Below are positions 44,468 to 53,084 of a stretch of DNA of 64,000 nucleotides, one piece after another. A model generated the notes under the pieces. It did not search any database. It saw only the letters and a program-made list of their open reading frames with translations, and was not told where the DNA came from. Source of the stretch: a virus. How positions within the stretch are numbered: position 1 is the first letter of the stretch; the number at the start of each line of letters is the position of its first letter. Both the position numbers and the translations under genes were made by a program. The stretch covers positions 32,001 through 96,000 of IMG/VR virus record IMGVR_UViG_3300017917_002765, one strand, 5' to 3'.

Positions 44468-46396
44468 TTACAAATCACCATATTTTTTCATCTCATCATA
44501 GATTTTTTCTGCTCTGTCAATGGCTTTCATTGATTTGTCTTTTGCAATTGATGTATAAATTTCATCATCTGGAACGTCAATCATTTCACCTTTAACCATA
44601 ATTTTGAATTCATCTCTAGCATTTGAGAATAATTTGAAACCTTCATCATCCATTGATGTTGAAGATGGCACCACAAGGTCTTCTTCATCATCAGCTTTTA
44701 TGTCAGTTGGTAAATCGGTTTTAAAATCACCAACTTCTGGTTCTTTTTCGTCAGAATCGTTATCATCAGATTTTGCCCAGTTGCTATCATCAGCTGGTTC
44801 TTCTCCTTCTTCGTCATCGATTTCTGGTTCAGATGGTAAGTCAGAAAATTCTTCCTCTTCTTCCTCAGTTACTTTTTTTTTTGAAAGTTCTTCCATGTAT
44901 TCTTTCATCATAGATTCTTCATCCATTGGTTCTTCATTCATAAGGTCAAAAGTTTCATCCATCATTTTACCTTCTTCTTGTTCTTCTTTAGCCTCACTTT
45001 TCATCCAACCTTCTTTTGTTTCTGTTTCATCCTTTCTTTTTTTAGAATAACAACCAACAACACAAGGTTTTTTACCTTCTTTTTCTTTATCTTCAGAATT
45101 TTTTTTCACTATACTTGATGAACCGTCTTTATTATTTTTATACTCATAATCTTTTTCTTTTTCTTTGGTTTCTTTAAGGTGAACGTGTTTTTTAGCTTCT
45201 GGTGCTTGTGAAACATCAGCATCTTCCCAGTGACCTTCTTTTGGTTTAGCATCTGATTCAATGTTTTTGCCAGATGAACTCTTCATAGGCTTCTTAGCTT
45301 CTGGAGCGTGAGAAACAGCCTTATCAGGGTTTCCATCTTTACTCTTAGCAATAGGGGAATCTTTCTTAACAGAACCTGACACATGCTTGGTTGATTCAGC
45401 AGCTTTTTTGGTTTCTTCATCCCAATTACCCTCTTTAGCATCAGCACCTTCCATATCTTCTGATTCAGTCATCAAAGATTTGGTTTTATTCCAAATATCA
45501 CCAAAAATTTTATTTTCATCAAGTCTTTCTTTACCTTTTAAAACACCAAGAGTTTCATGTGATTTATAACCAAATAAGGCTTTCATTCTGTTAATATCTT
45601 CATTAACTAAATTTTGGTCAGCAGCAGTTAACACAACAGCTTTACCTTCGTTTAATGAACCTTCCCAACGGATTTTGTATGATTCGTTTCCATCAGTCAT
45701 TTCAAATATTTTGTTATTTACTCTATACGCTTCTGGGATAAGTTTTAAAGCGTTTCCAACACCATTAAATGGGTTTTTGAATTTTAATCTTTTCATGGTT
45801 TCTTTTATTTGTGGTTTATTGTTATCGTCTTTTTTTACATCACTTTCATTTACAGCTGAAAATCTTGTATTTTGTAAATTAGGTCTCGATTCGTTTTCTA
45901 CGTCATCACCAAAACTGTAAAGTCCTTTTTCAGCATCAGCTCTTTTCTTGAATGAAGCTTTAATATTCTTCACCAAGTTCTTACCAAATTCTGGTCCTTG
46001 AAATCCTTTTTGTTTTTCAACAACATTAGCCCATTCAGGGTTATTACCCATATTTGAACTACCTTCAATAGCTTCTATAGCTCTTTCTTTAAATCTTTTA
46101 TTTGGTTCTGAAGCATATTGAATCATCTCTTGACCGTTCATGATTTCCATTTGGTCATGATATGTCTTTTCAGACTCATAATCGTAGTTAAATTTATTAG
46201 GCGCCATTTGGTTGGCGTTAGGGTCTTCCTTAACAGCCTTTTCAAATTCAGCAACCTTTTTTTCTATGTCTTTAACACCATCTTTGTTTTCTTTAGCCGA
46301 TTTTTTCTTAGCAGCATTTGTTACAGAAATACCTGGAGTAACTTCTTCTGATAAGAATTTTTTTGCTAGGTGTTTTTTAATTATGTTTTTGTTCAT
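44468..46396 (-). CDS. Acidic virion-internal or scaffold-like protein
   Basis: Low complexity; EDINRMKALFGY; internal repeats. Confidence 0.6.
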   Translation of the reverse strand: MNKNIIKKHLAKKFLSEEVTPGISVTNAAKKKSAKENKDGVKDIEKKVAEFEKAVKEDPNANQMAPNKFNYDYESEKTYHDQMEIMNGQEMIQYASEPNKRFKERAIEAIEGSSNMGNNPEWANVVEKQKGFQGPEFGKNLVKNIKASFKKRADAEKGLYSFGDDVENESRPNLQNTRFSAVNESDVKKDDNNKPQIKETMKRLKFKNPFNGVGNALKLIPEAYRVNNKIFEMTDGNESYKIRWEGSLNEGKAVVLTAADQNLVNEDINRMKALFGYKSHETLGVLKGKERLDENKIFGDIWNKTKSLMTESEDMEGADAKEGNWDEETKKAAESTKHVSGSVKKDSPIAKSKDGNPDKAVSHAPEAKKPMKSSSGKNIESDAKPKEGHWEDADVSQAPEAKKHVHLKETKEKEKDYEYKNNKDGSSSIVKKNSEDKEKEGKKPCVVGCYSKKRKDETETKEGWMKSEAKEEQEEGKMMDETFDLMNEEPMDEESMMKEYMEELSKKKVTEEEEEEFSDLPSEPEIDDEEGEEPADDSNWAKSDDNDSDEKEPEVGDFKTDLPTDIKADDEEDLVVPSSTSMDDEGFKLFSNARDEFKIMVKGEMIDVPDDEIYTSIAKDKSMKAIDRAEKIYDEMKKYGDL

Positions 46397-46437
46397 CTTT
46401 TATGATTTAATAATAAATATCTTCGTTTTTAGTAAAG

Positions 46438-48369
46438 TTAATTCGCTTTAGGTGTGTTGTTTGAACTTTCACTCAATGAAGGAGCATTAACATTACTACC
46501 AGTTGTCTTTAATTTAACAACATTGTCAACGGCTCCTTGGCTACAACCACCTTTTTGTGCTTTTTTGCTGTTATTATAACCCACACAGTTTTTGTCAAAA
46601 CTAACCATAGCACCACCAGCATATTGGGTTTTCTTAAAAGCTTTTGGTTTCTTATTTGAAAATTCAGTTGGTGATTTCATTGCAAACGCTGAAGCTGTAT
46701 ATTGTCCAGATGAAGCAGCAGTTGTTGTTTCACCTACTACTGGTACATCCAAATCGTTTGTATCTACTGGCATTTCTCTCTTGGTCATACCCATTGGTGC
46801 TGTAAATGCTCCAGATGACGCAGCAGTTGTTGTTTCTTCAATACCATAACGAGCTTTTAACTTTTCATAGTAAAATTCAAAAGGCATTTCATATAAGTCA
46901 GCCAATACTTTTGCCATTTTAATTACATCGTCTTTGGTCTTTGGTGGTTTATTTTCTTTTGGAGTGGTTGCTTTTATAATGCTCCTTGAAAACTTATCAA
47001 AAACAGAATCTTCAGTTTCGTTTATTGAACCTAACGCTTCTACAAAAGATTTATCTTTATCATACATCTTTAAAAGCTCATCTTTTAAAGGCAAATCAAT
47101 TTTAACCAAATCAACACCATCTTCCCAATCATCAACACCTTCTCCTGTTGTAAGAATATTTAAGTTGTCGTTCACATAATTTCCCAAAATATCGGAATCA
47201 ATGTCAAAATCACCATAATCAAATTCTGGTTGACCATCTTCATCTTTGTCAATATAGTCTCTAGAAACTTCGGCATATGGGCTAAAATCATCTTTATCTA
47301 TCATACCATAGTAAAAATAATATAATGACCCATCACGACCTTTAAGAATTGCTGATTCTCTATTGTACGCAATAACATCAAATAATGATTTTTTAGGTAT
47401 TCTAGCTTTATCCATATCATGCCATGGCGCATTACGGTCATATTCAGCACCAGCTGGTAAATAACCATCAGCTTCTGTTTTTAAAGTCTCGTTTTTATTA
47501 CCAATAAGATTTCTCAATTCGTTTTCAACTGCCATAATGGTTTCTTCTGGTGTACCAAATTTCTTTGATAATTCACACATACCGTTTTCTGTCACAACAA
47601 GACCTCTTGATTTTAAAGCATCTTGAATGTCATCATAGGTTAAACCATGTTTATCCCAAAATGGTGAAAATTGGTCTGTTTTACGATAAAAATATTTTAT
47701 TAAGTCTTTTGTTTCTTTCTTTAATTCCTCATCGGTTTCCATAAGTGGTTTTCCGAATTTTCCTTGAATTGAAGAAGGTAATGAAGGGTTTTTCTTTTTA
47801 ATATCAAAATTTTCTTCTTCTCCTAAATTTTTAATATCAGCACCAGCAAAATATTTTTTAAATTGCTTGTCTGTAGGGTCCATAGCTTCATTTATTAAAC
47901 CAGAAGCAAAGATTCTATTATATTGTTCTTTGGTTATTTTTAATTTTGACACCCCTGTTGGTTTCATTGCTGAAGGCGCTGTGTCAACTACCAATCCATT
48001 AGCTAATATTTCCATTGAACGACCAACACCAGTTATTTTTGGTTCAACATCCATTCCTGTATTTATACTTTTAAGGTTTCTTTTGATAGCATCAAATTCA
48101 TTAGAATCAGTTTTTTTACTGACTATTTTATTAGTCAATTCGTTATATGCAGCGTCAGAATTCTTATCTCTGTTTAAGATGGCTTTAATAACTGCATTTC
48201 TAATGTTTTCTTTTTGTAATGGTTCACCAGAAATAACAATTCTTCTTAAATCTGGACCAAGAGAAACCATTTTACTAATGCTTGAGTCTGGTTCATTCCC
48301 TTCTCCCTCATTAATTTTTTTAATACCAAGTAATTTAGCTTGTTTTTCAGTTATTATGATTTTTTTCAT
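46438..48369 (-). CDS. Virion-internal-like protein
   Basis: KIIITEKQ/KITKEQ motifs; ETTTAASSG twice. Confidence 0.6.
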   Translation of the reverse strand: MKKIIITEKQAKLLGIKKINEGEGNEPDSSISKMVSLGPDLRRIVISGEPLQKENIRNAVIKAILNRDKNSDAAYNELTNKIVSKKTDSNEFDAIKRNLKSINTGMDVEPKITGVGRSMEILANGLVVDTAPSAMKPTGVSKLKITKEQYNRIFASGLINEAMDPTDKQFKKYFAGADIKNLGEEENFDIKKKNPSLPSSIQGKFGKPLMETDEELKKETKDLIKYFYRKTDQFSPFWDKHGLTYDDIQDALKSRGLVVTENGMCELSKKFGTPEETIMAVENELRNLIGNKNETLKTEADGYLPAGAEYDRNAPWHDMDKARIPKKSLFDVIAYNRESAILKGRDGSLYYFYYGMIDKDDFSPYAEVSRDYIDKDEDGQPEFDYGDFDIDSDILGNYVNDNLNILTTGEGVDDWEDGVDLVKIDLPLKDELLKMYDKDKSFVEALGSINETEDSVFDKFSRSIIKATTPKENKPPKTKDDVIKMAKVLADLYEMPFEFYYEKLKARYGIEETTTAASSGAFTAPMGMTKREMPVDTNDLDVPVVGETTTAASSGQYTASAFAMKSPTEFSNKKPKAFKKTQYAGGAMVSFDKNCVGYNNSKKAQKGGCSQGAVDNVVKLKTTGSNVNAPSLSESSNNTPKAN

Positions 48370-48370
48370 T

Positions 48371-48613
48371 TTAATTATTTTTGTTTGATAGGTTATTTCT
48401 CCAAACAGCTCTTTTAACCCAGAGAGTTTTATATAATTGTGTTAGAACGTTTCGTGTTATATCAACTACTTTATCTTCTAATTCTTTTTCATTTTTAAGC
48501 CTATCCTTTACAATTTTTTCAATCTTTTTCTTAAAGTCATTGCTATCCATATAGACTTTAATTTCTTTGGATACATCAGATTTATTAAGTTCCTCTTTAA
48601 TGAATTTTTTCAT
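48371..48613 (-). CDS. Hypothetical protein
   Basis: TATTTAT motif upstream. Confidence 0.65.
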   Translation of the reverse strand: MKKFIKEELNKSDVSKEIKVYMDSNDFKKKIEKIVKDRLKNEKELEDKVVDITRNVLTQLYKTLWVKRAVWRNNLSNKNN

Positions 48614-48698
48614 GATAGGTTAAATGTTTATTATAAATATACAATTTTAAACAAAAAAAGCCCCATTAGAGGCTTTTAATATAATATAGTTTATTATT

Positions 48699-49118
48699 TT
48701 AACGACTTAAATGCCAACCTAATAAAAACGATAATATTGCAGCAACTGGAACAGATATTGAAGCAGCAATTTTTGCTCGTCTATTAGCTTTGAATTTGTT
48801 TTCAAAATTATTTATCAGTATGCTATCATTTTTAAATCGAATATTAGCAATACTATCATTTTGAGAGTATTTTTCGGTTTGTTTTAATAAAGAACTAATT
48901 TGTTTTTCTTGACTGTTAATAGTAAATAATTGTTGAGCTTCTACTTTTTTAAGTCCCAAGTAGTCTTTATAAAGCATTCTAGTGGCAACAATATAACGAT
49001 AGTTAACAGTTACTGGTACGGTATCTTTATCGGTTAGTGACGTACTGTTCAAGGTCTCTTGTGAATAAAGAGACATTTGAATCAAAAGGAAGAGTACGAA
49101 TAAGATTAACTTCTTCAT
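48699..49118 (-). CDS. Exported coiled-coil protein with C-terminal TM (spanin-like)
   Basis: Signal peptide; overlaps the upstream TM coiled-coil gene. Confidence 0.45.
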   Translation of the reverse strand: MKKLILFVLFLLIQMSLYSQETLNSTSLTDKDTVPVTVNYRYIVATRMLYKDYLGLKKVEAQQLFTINSQEKQISSLLKQTEKYSQNDSIANIRFKNDSILINNFENKFKANRRAKIAASISVPVAAILSFLLGWHLSR

Positions 49119-49395
49119 TTGTTTTTATTTTTATAATCTTGGTTATTGTTTTGCTGTTTTCAGTTTTTTTAGCTTGTTCTTCATACATTTTTTTATAAAT
49201 TTCAATACTATCTAGGTTTTTTTGATATTGTTTCATCAATTCTTTATTCTCTTTGACAATAACCTTTACCTCTCTTCTAGTTAAAAACTTTTCAACTGAT
49301 GGTGTAAATACTATAGCTAGTATTATTATAATGACCGCAAATATTAAATAAGTTTTGTATTTATCAACATATTTAAAAAATTCTTTCCAGAACAT
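49027..49395 (-). CDS. N-terminal TM coiled-coil protein (i-spanin-like)
   Basis: Topology and overlapping arrangement. Confidence 0.45.
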   Translation of the reverse strand: MFWKEFFKYVDKYKTYLIFAVIIIILAIVFTPSVEKFLTRREVKVIVKENKELMKQYQKNLDSIEIYKKMYEEQAKKTENSKTITKIIKIKTNEEVNLIRTLPFDSNVSLFTRDLEQYVTNR

Positions 49396-49396
49396 A

Positions 49397-49828
49397 TTAC
49401 ATTGGTTTTTGTTTTATTTCATCATTTATTTTTACAGCCCATTCATCTCTCCATTTCTGAAAATAACCAGTTATTTTGTTAACCTTATTGTTATTCTCAG
49501 CTGTTAAATCATATGGTTCAACCGTTGAAAGCTCAGCTTCGTCTTTTATCAATTCAAATCTAAAAGACAATTTACCAAATAACATAGTACCAGTCATGAT
49601 AACATTTTTGTTTTGTGGGTTGATGTAAGCATTAAAGTTGTCTATTTCAATACTAGAATCAACAATGTCTTTAATCTTTTTTAATTCTTCTTGATAAACA
49701 GTGTTACCTGGACCATATTCAATAGTGTCTTTTTGTTCATCTACTTCCTTTATGATACCCATGTAACCACCCCTAATGACATCCATCATTTTCTTGGTCA
49801 TGTCATGTTCGTTAATTCGTTCTTTCAT
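49397..49828 (-). CDS. Hypothetical protein
   Basis: ORF in operon. Confidence 0.65.
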   Translation of the reverse strand: MKERINEHDMTKKMMDVIRGGYMGIIKEVDEQKDTIEYGPGNTVYQEELKKIKDIVDSSIEIDNFNAYINPQNKNVIMTGTMLFGKLSFRFELIKDEAELSTVEPYDLTAENNNKVNKITGYFQKWRDEWAVKINDEIKQKPM

Positions 49829-50435
49829 AGTTTTCTATGTTGTTTTTAAATATATCAAAATCCCAAGTTGGACTAGGGTCTGTAAAATGTCTTTCTAAAT
49901 TGCTTTTATACAATACACCACTATAGTTGGCCAAAATATCTATTTTGGTATTATGGCCTACACAAGTTAGTGGTATAGAAAATCTATCACACAGAACCCT
50001 TGTTAAGTTTATTGTCGCACTAAGCTGCTTATTGGTGTATTGTGTCCAGAAACTAAACCCTCTCCACTTTTTAGCAACAATTTTATGTGACTCTATATAA
50101 ATATCATTAAAACAATTAAGATACTGGTCTTTTTCAACATTTCTAGTTAACCACCCATCATTTTCTAGTAAAATAATAATACTCTTTAGATTTTGTTCGT
50201 AATTTTTAAAATATCTTGAATAATATTTCGGGTCAAAATGTTCATATATTATACCATCAAAAGATATTGTATAATGAGCAGTCTTTTTGTATTGACCATT
50301 ATTTCTATGTAACCACCCTTTATAATGACGCATATCGCTATTGAATGTATTCCCGATAACTATTTGAGACTTTCCAGTTTCGGTTAAGATATAATTTTGA
50401 ATTGGTAGTTGATATGTTTTATTATCTATTTGCAT
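49812..50435 (-). CDS. N-acetylmuramoyl-L-alanine amidase-like protein
   Basis: AHYTISFDG.IY..; SI.I.LEN.G; YT.KQ; DPSP; first Zn-binding His appears replaced. Confidence 0.6.
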   Translation of the reverse strand: MQIDNKTYQLPIQNYILTETGKSQIVIGNTFNSDMRHYKGWLHRNNGQYKKTAHYTISFDGIIYEHFDPKYYSRYFKNYEQNLKSIIILLENDGWLTRNVEKDQYLNCFNDIYIESHKIVAKKWRGFSFWTQYTNKQLSATINLTRVLCDRFSIPLTCVGHNTKIDILANYSGVLYKSNLERHFTDPSPTWDFDIFKNNIENYERTN

Positions 50436-51619
50436 CAGTCACGTTTAAAAAAAACTTTGTTATTATCTCCGTTTTTAACTATTTTTTGTGAACCAATTCT
50501 TTCTATAGTATTGTTTTTTGCTTTAGGTATGGGTATTGAAAATCCTCTGTCTTTTACTTCTTTTATATCCTCAACAGTTATCTTACCATTTGGTACGACT
50601 GGTTCCCTTTGTTTAATAGGTTCATCAGAAACATCAATTGGTTCTTGAGGTACAAAACCTTGAATTACTTCTTCTTCTATTGGTTTTTCTATAATAGGTT
50701 CAATAGTGTCTTCGTCATCATGTTGGTCATCAATCATTATTGGTTCTTCTTCTGGTTCAGATTCCTCAATTGATTTATCTAGGATATTTTTTACTTTAAC
50801 TTCTTTCTTTTGCTCTGAAGAAATACTCTCATCTTCTATTTCAAACACTCTATTTGTAAGCAAAACCAAAGCAATTGCCAATGGGTCGAATACAAATATG
50901 AATAACAAAATTAATATGTTTACTACTTTACCCATAGGGTAACCAGTTATTTCAGCTATGTATTTTAAAGGACCAACTTCAGCACCAACACTGCTATTAG
51001 CTGTCATTTCTAACCCATTTACCGTATAGAGAGAAATGGAATCAGATAATGAAACATTTTTGTTGTTTAAAACATCAATATCAGTACTTAATTTTTGAAT
51101 CTCATCAGTCGCAATTTGAATATCTTTTCTAACCTTATCCTTAGCAAAACCACTCTTTGCACTATCCAACCTAACTTCTTGTGTGTTTCGTAAATTAGTT
51201 AATTGTTCAATACGCTTATTTTTACTATCAATTATCTTTTGATTATCATCAATTGATTTTTGAAACAAGCCTTTTTTACTATCTAATATACCTAACCTAC
51301 CATTTTCTATTTCTAGTTGACTAGCCGTTTTTTGGTAAGCATTAGACAAAAAACCATAAATACCAGCAGATGTAATCAACATCAATACGCTAACAGCAAT
51401 AACTAAATAAAATTTCAAGTAATTGTTAATTTTACCCCAATATCTGTGTAAAGCTGTTGTTGCTACAACCTTGCTAAATTCTAAAACACTTGCCATTAAA
51501 ATTACTGATAGAGAAGCCCCAGCAAATAATTTACTCAAACCCCATACCGAAAAATAAGCGGCACATAAAGCAACTGCTAAAGATAATGTTAAAATAACAT
51601 AACTAAATTTTAATTTCAT
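50435..51619 (-). CDS. Membrane coiled-coil protein
   Basis: AAYFSVWGL; ITSAGIYGFLS; EVGPLKYIA; FDPLAI. Confidence 0.75.
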   Translation of the reverse strand: MKLKFSYVILTLSLAVALCAAYFSVWGLSKLFAGASLSVILMASVLEFSKVVATTALHRYWGKINNYLKFYLVIAVSVLMLITSAGIYGFLSNAYQKTASQLEIENGRLGILDSKKGLFQKSIDDNQKIIDSKNKRIEQLTNLRNTQEVRLDSAKSGFAKDKVRKDIQIATDEIQKLSTDIDVLNNKNVSLSDSISLYTVNGLEMTANSSVGAEVGPLKYIAEITGYPMGKVVNILILLFIFVFDPLAIALVLLTNRVFEIEDESISSEQKKEVKVKNILDKSIEESEPEEEPIMIDDQHDDEDTIEPIIEKPIEEEVIQGFVPQEPIDVSDEPIKQREPVVPNGKITVEDIKEVKDRGFSIPIPKAKNNTIERIGSQKIVKNGDNNKVFFKRD

Positions 51620-51673
51620 AACATTCTTTTTTTAATAAATATCTAAAACAAAAAAGGGCATTAGCCCTTTTTA

Positions 51674-52501
51674 TTATTCATTAAGTAGAACATACAAATC
51701 GTGGGCATTATTGCGTAGTTTACGAATTGCTTTCTCTTTTATTTGTCTTATTCTTTCTTTTGTTAAACCATATCTCTCACCAATCGCTTCCAATGTCATT
51801 GGTTCGCAATCAATGTTTATACCAAAATATGATTCAATTATCGCTCTTTCTCTATCATTTAATACTGATAATGCGTTATTTATTTCATCCCTAAGTCTAT
51901 TATCAACAACAAACATTTCTTCATCAACGTTGTCTGGAATAAGTTCAATAAGTTCATCACCATCTTCATTTATAACTTCATTTAATGATGTGTGTCTAGG
52001 ATAAGTAACTAAACTTATCGCTTCGTTTTCTTTGTCAAATATTTCACCAAATATTGGTTCCCTTTCATTCTCAAGTTCAAACTTTGCTATTTCTTTATTT
52101 AATTGTAAAATCCTATTGATTACATTGGCTGGTAATCTTACGACTCTAGCATTATCATTCAAACTTTGGATAATTGATTGCTTAACCCACCATACGGCAT
52201 ATGAAATAAATCTAAAACCTTTGTTATGGTCAAATTTTGTTGCTGCTTTTATTAATCCGTAATTACCTTCATTTATTAAGTCTGATAACGGTAAACCCTG
52301 TCCTTGATATTCTTTTGCTATTGAAACAACAAACTTTAAGTTTGCATTTACTAATTTATTTATAGCATTTTGGTCACCATTTTTTATTTTTTTAGCTAAT
52401 TCAATTTCTTCGTTCTGTGTTAATATAGTTGATTTTCTTACATCTTTAAAATACTTCCCTAAACTGTCATCGTTGTTAAAGTTTACAAATTTTTTACTCA
52501 T
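51674..52501 (-). CDS. RNA polymerase sigma factor, RpoD/RpoS-like
   Basis: ANLKFVVSIAK; DLINEGN.GL; FISYAVWW; TLEAIG..TKERIRQI. Confidence 0.95.
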   Translation of the reverse strand: MSKKFVNFNNDDSLGKYFKDVRKSTILTQNEEIELAKKIKNGDQNAINKLVNANLKFVVSIAKEYQGQGLPLSDLINEGNYGLIKAATKFDHNKGFRFISYAVWWVKQSIIQSLNDNARVVRLPANVINRILQLNKEIAKFELENEREPIFGEIFDKENEAISLVTYPRHTSLNEVINEDGDELIELIPDNVDEEMFVVDNRLRDEINNALSVLNDRERAIIESYFGINIDCEPMTLEAIGERYGLTKERIRQIKEKAIRKLRNNAHDLYVLLNE

Positions 52502-52586
52502 TAAATTTTAATTTTTCATAGTGTGTTGTTATGTGTTTTAGTTAATAAAATATACGAAAAAAACAATAAAAGTCAAGCTTTTAAGG

Positions 52587-53039
52587 TTATTTTGTTTTGT
52601 TTAAAATGTCTCTTATTTTGGCCGCTTTTTCATAATCTTCACAATCCAAAGCATCTTTTAATTGTTCTTCTAAACTTGGTTTGTTTTGCTTTGTTTTAAC
52701 AGTTTTTGTATGTGATGATAATTCAATCGCCTCTTCAAAATTTTTAGTTAATTGTTCTGGATTTACATGTTTTAAAAAACCAAAAAGACCTTCATGTATT
52801 GGTTTTTTAAGTATATGGTAACCAGATGATTCTTTATCTAAGTCAAACACTAAAAAACTTCGTTTGTTTTCAATAAACCATTCTGTTAGTTCATTGGGCT
52901 CAGCCAATGATGAAAATGTAGCAATAAGAATACCTTTTGCATCCAAAATGTTTGGTGTGGTTTCGCTAATCTTTTGAATCTCAGCTTGTACTCCTAGGGT
53001 ATCACCCATAACCACAATACAATAATTCCTAAATTTCAT
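52587..53039 (-). CDS. UvrB/UvrC-motif protein
   Basis: C-terminal L..ALDCEDYEKAAKIRD. Confidence 0.75.
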   Translation of the reverse strand: MKFRNYCIVVMGDTLGVQAEIQKISETTPNILDAKGILIATFSSLAEPNELTEWFIENKRSFLVFDLDKESSGYHILKKPIHEGLFGFLKHVNPEQLTKNFEEAIELSSHTKTVKTKQNKPSLEEQLKDALDCEDYEKAAKIRDILNKTK

Positions 53040-53084
53040 TGTTTATATTTTAACAAAAGTACAATTTTATTCTAACTTTTACAA

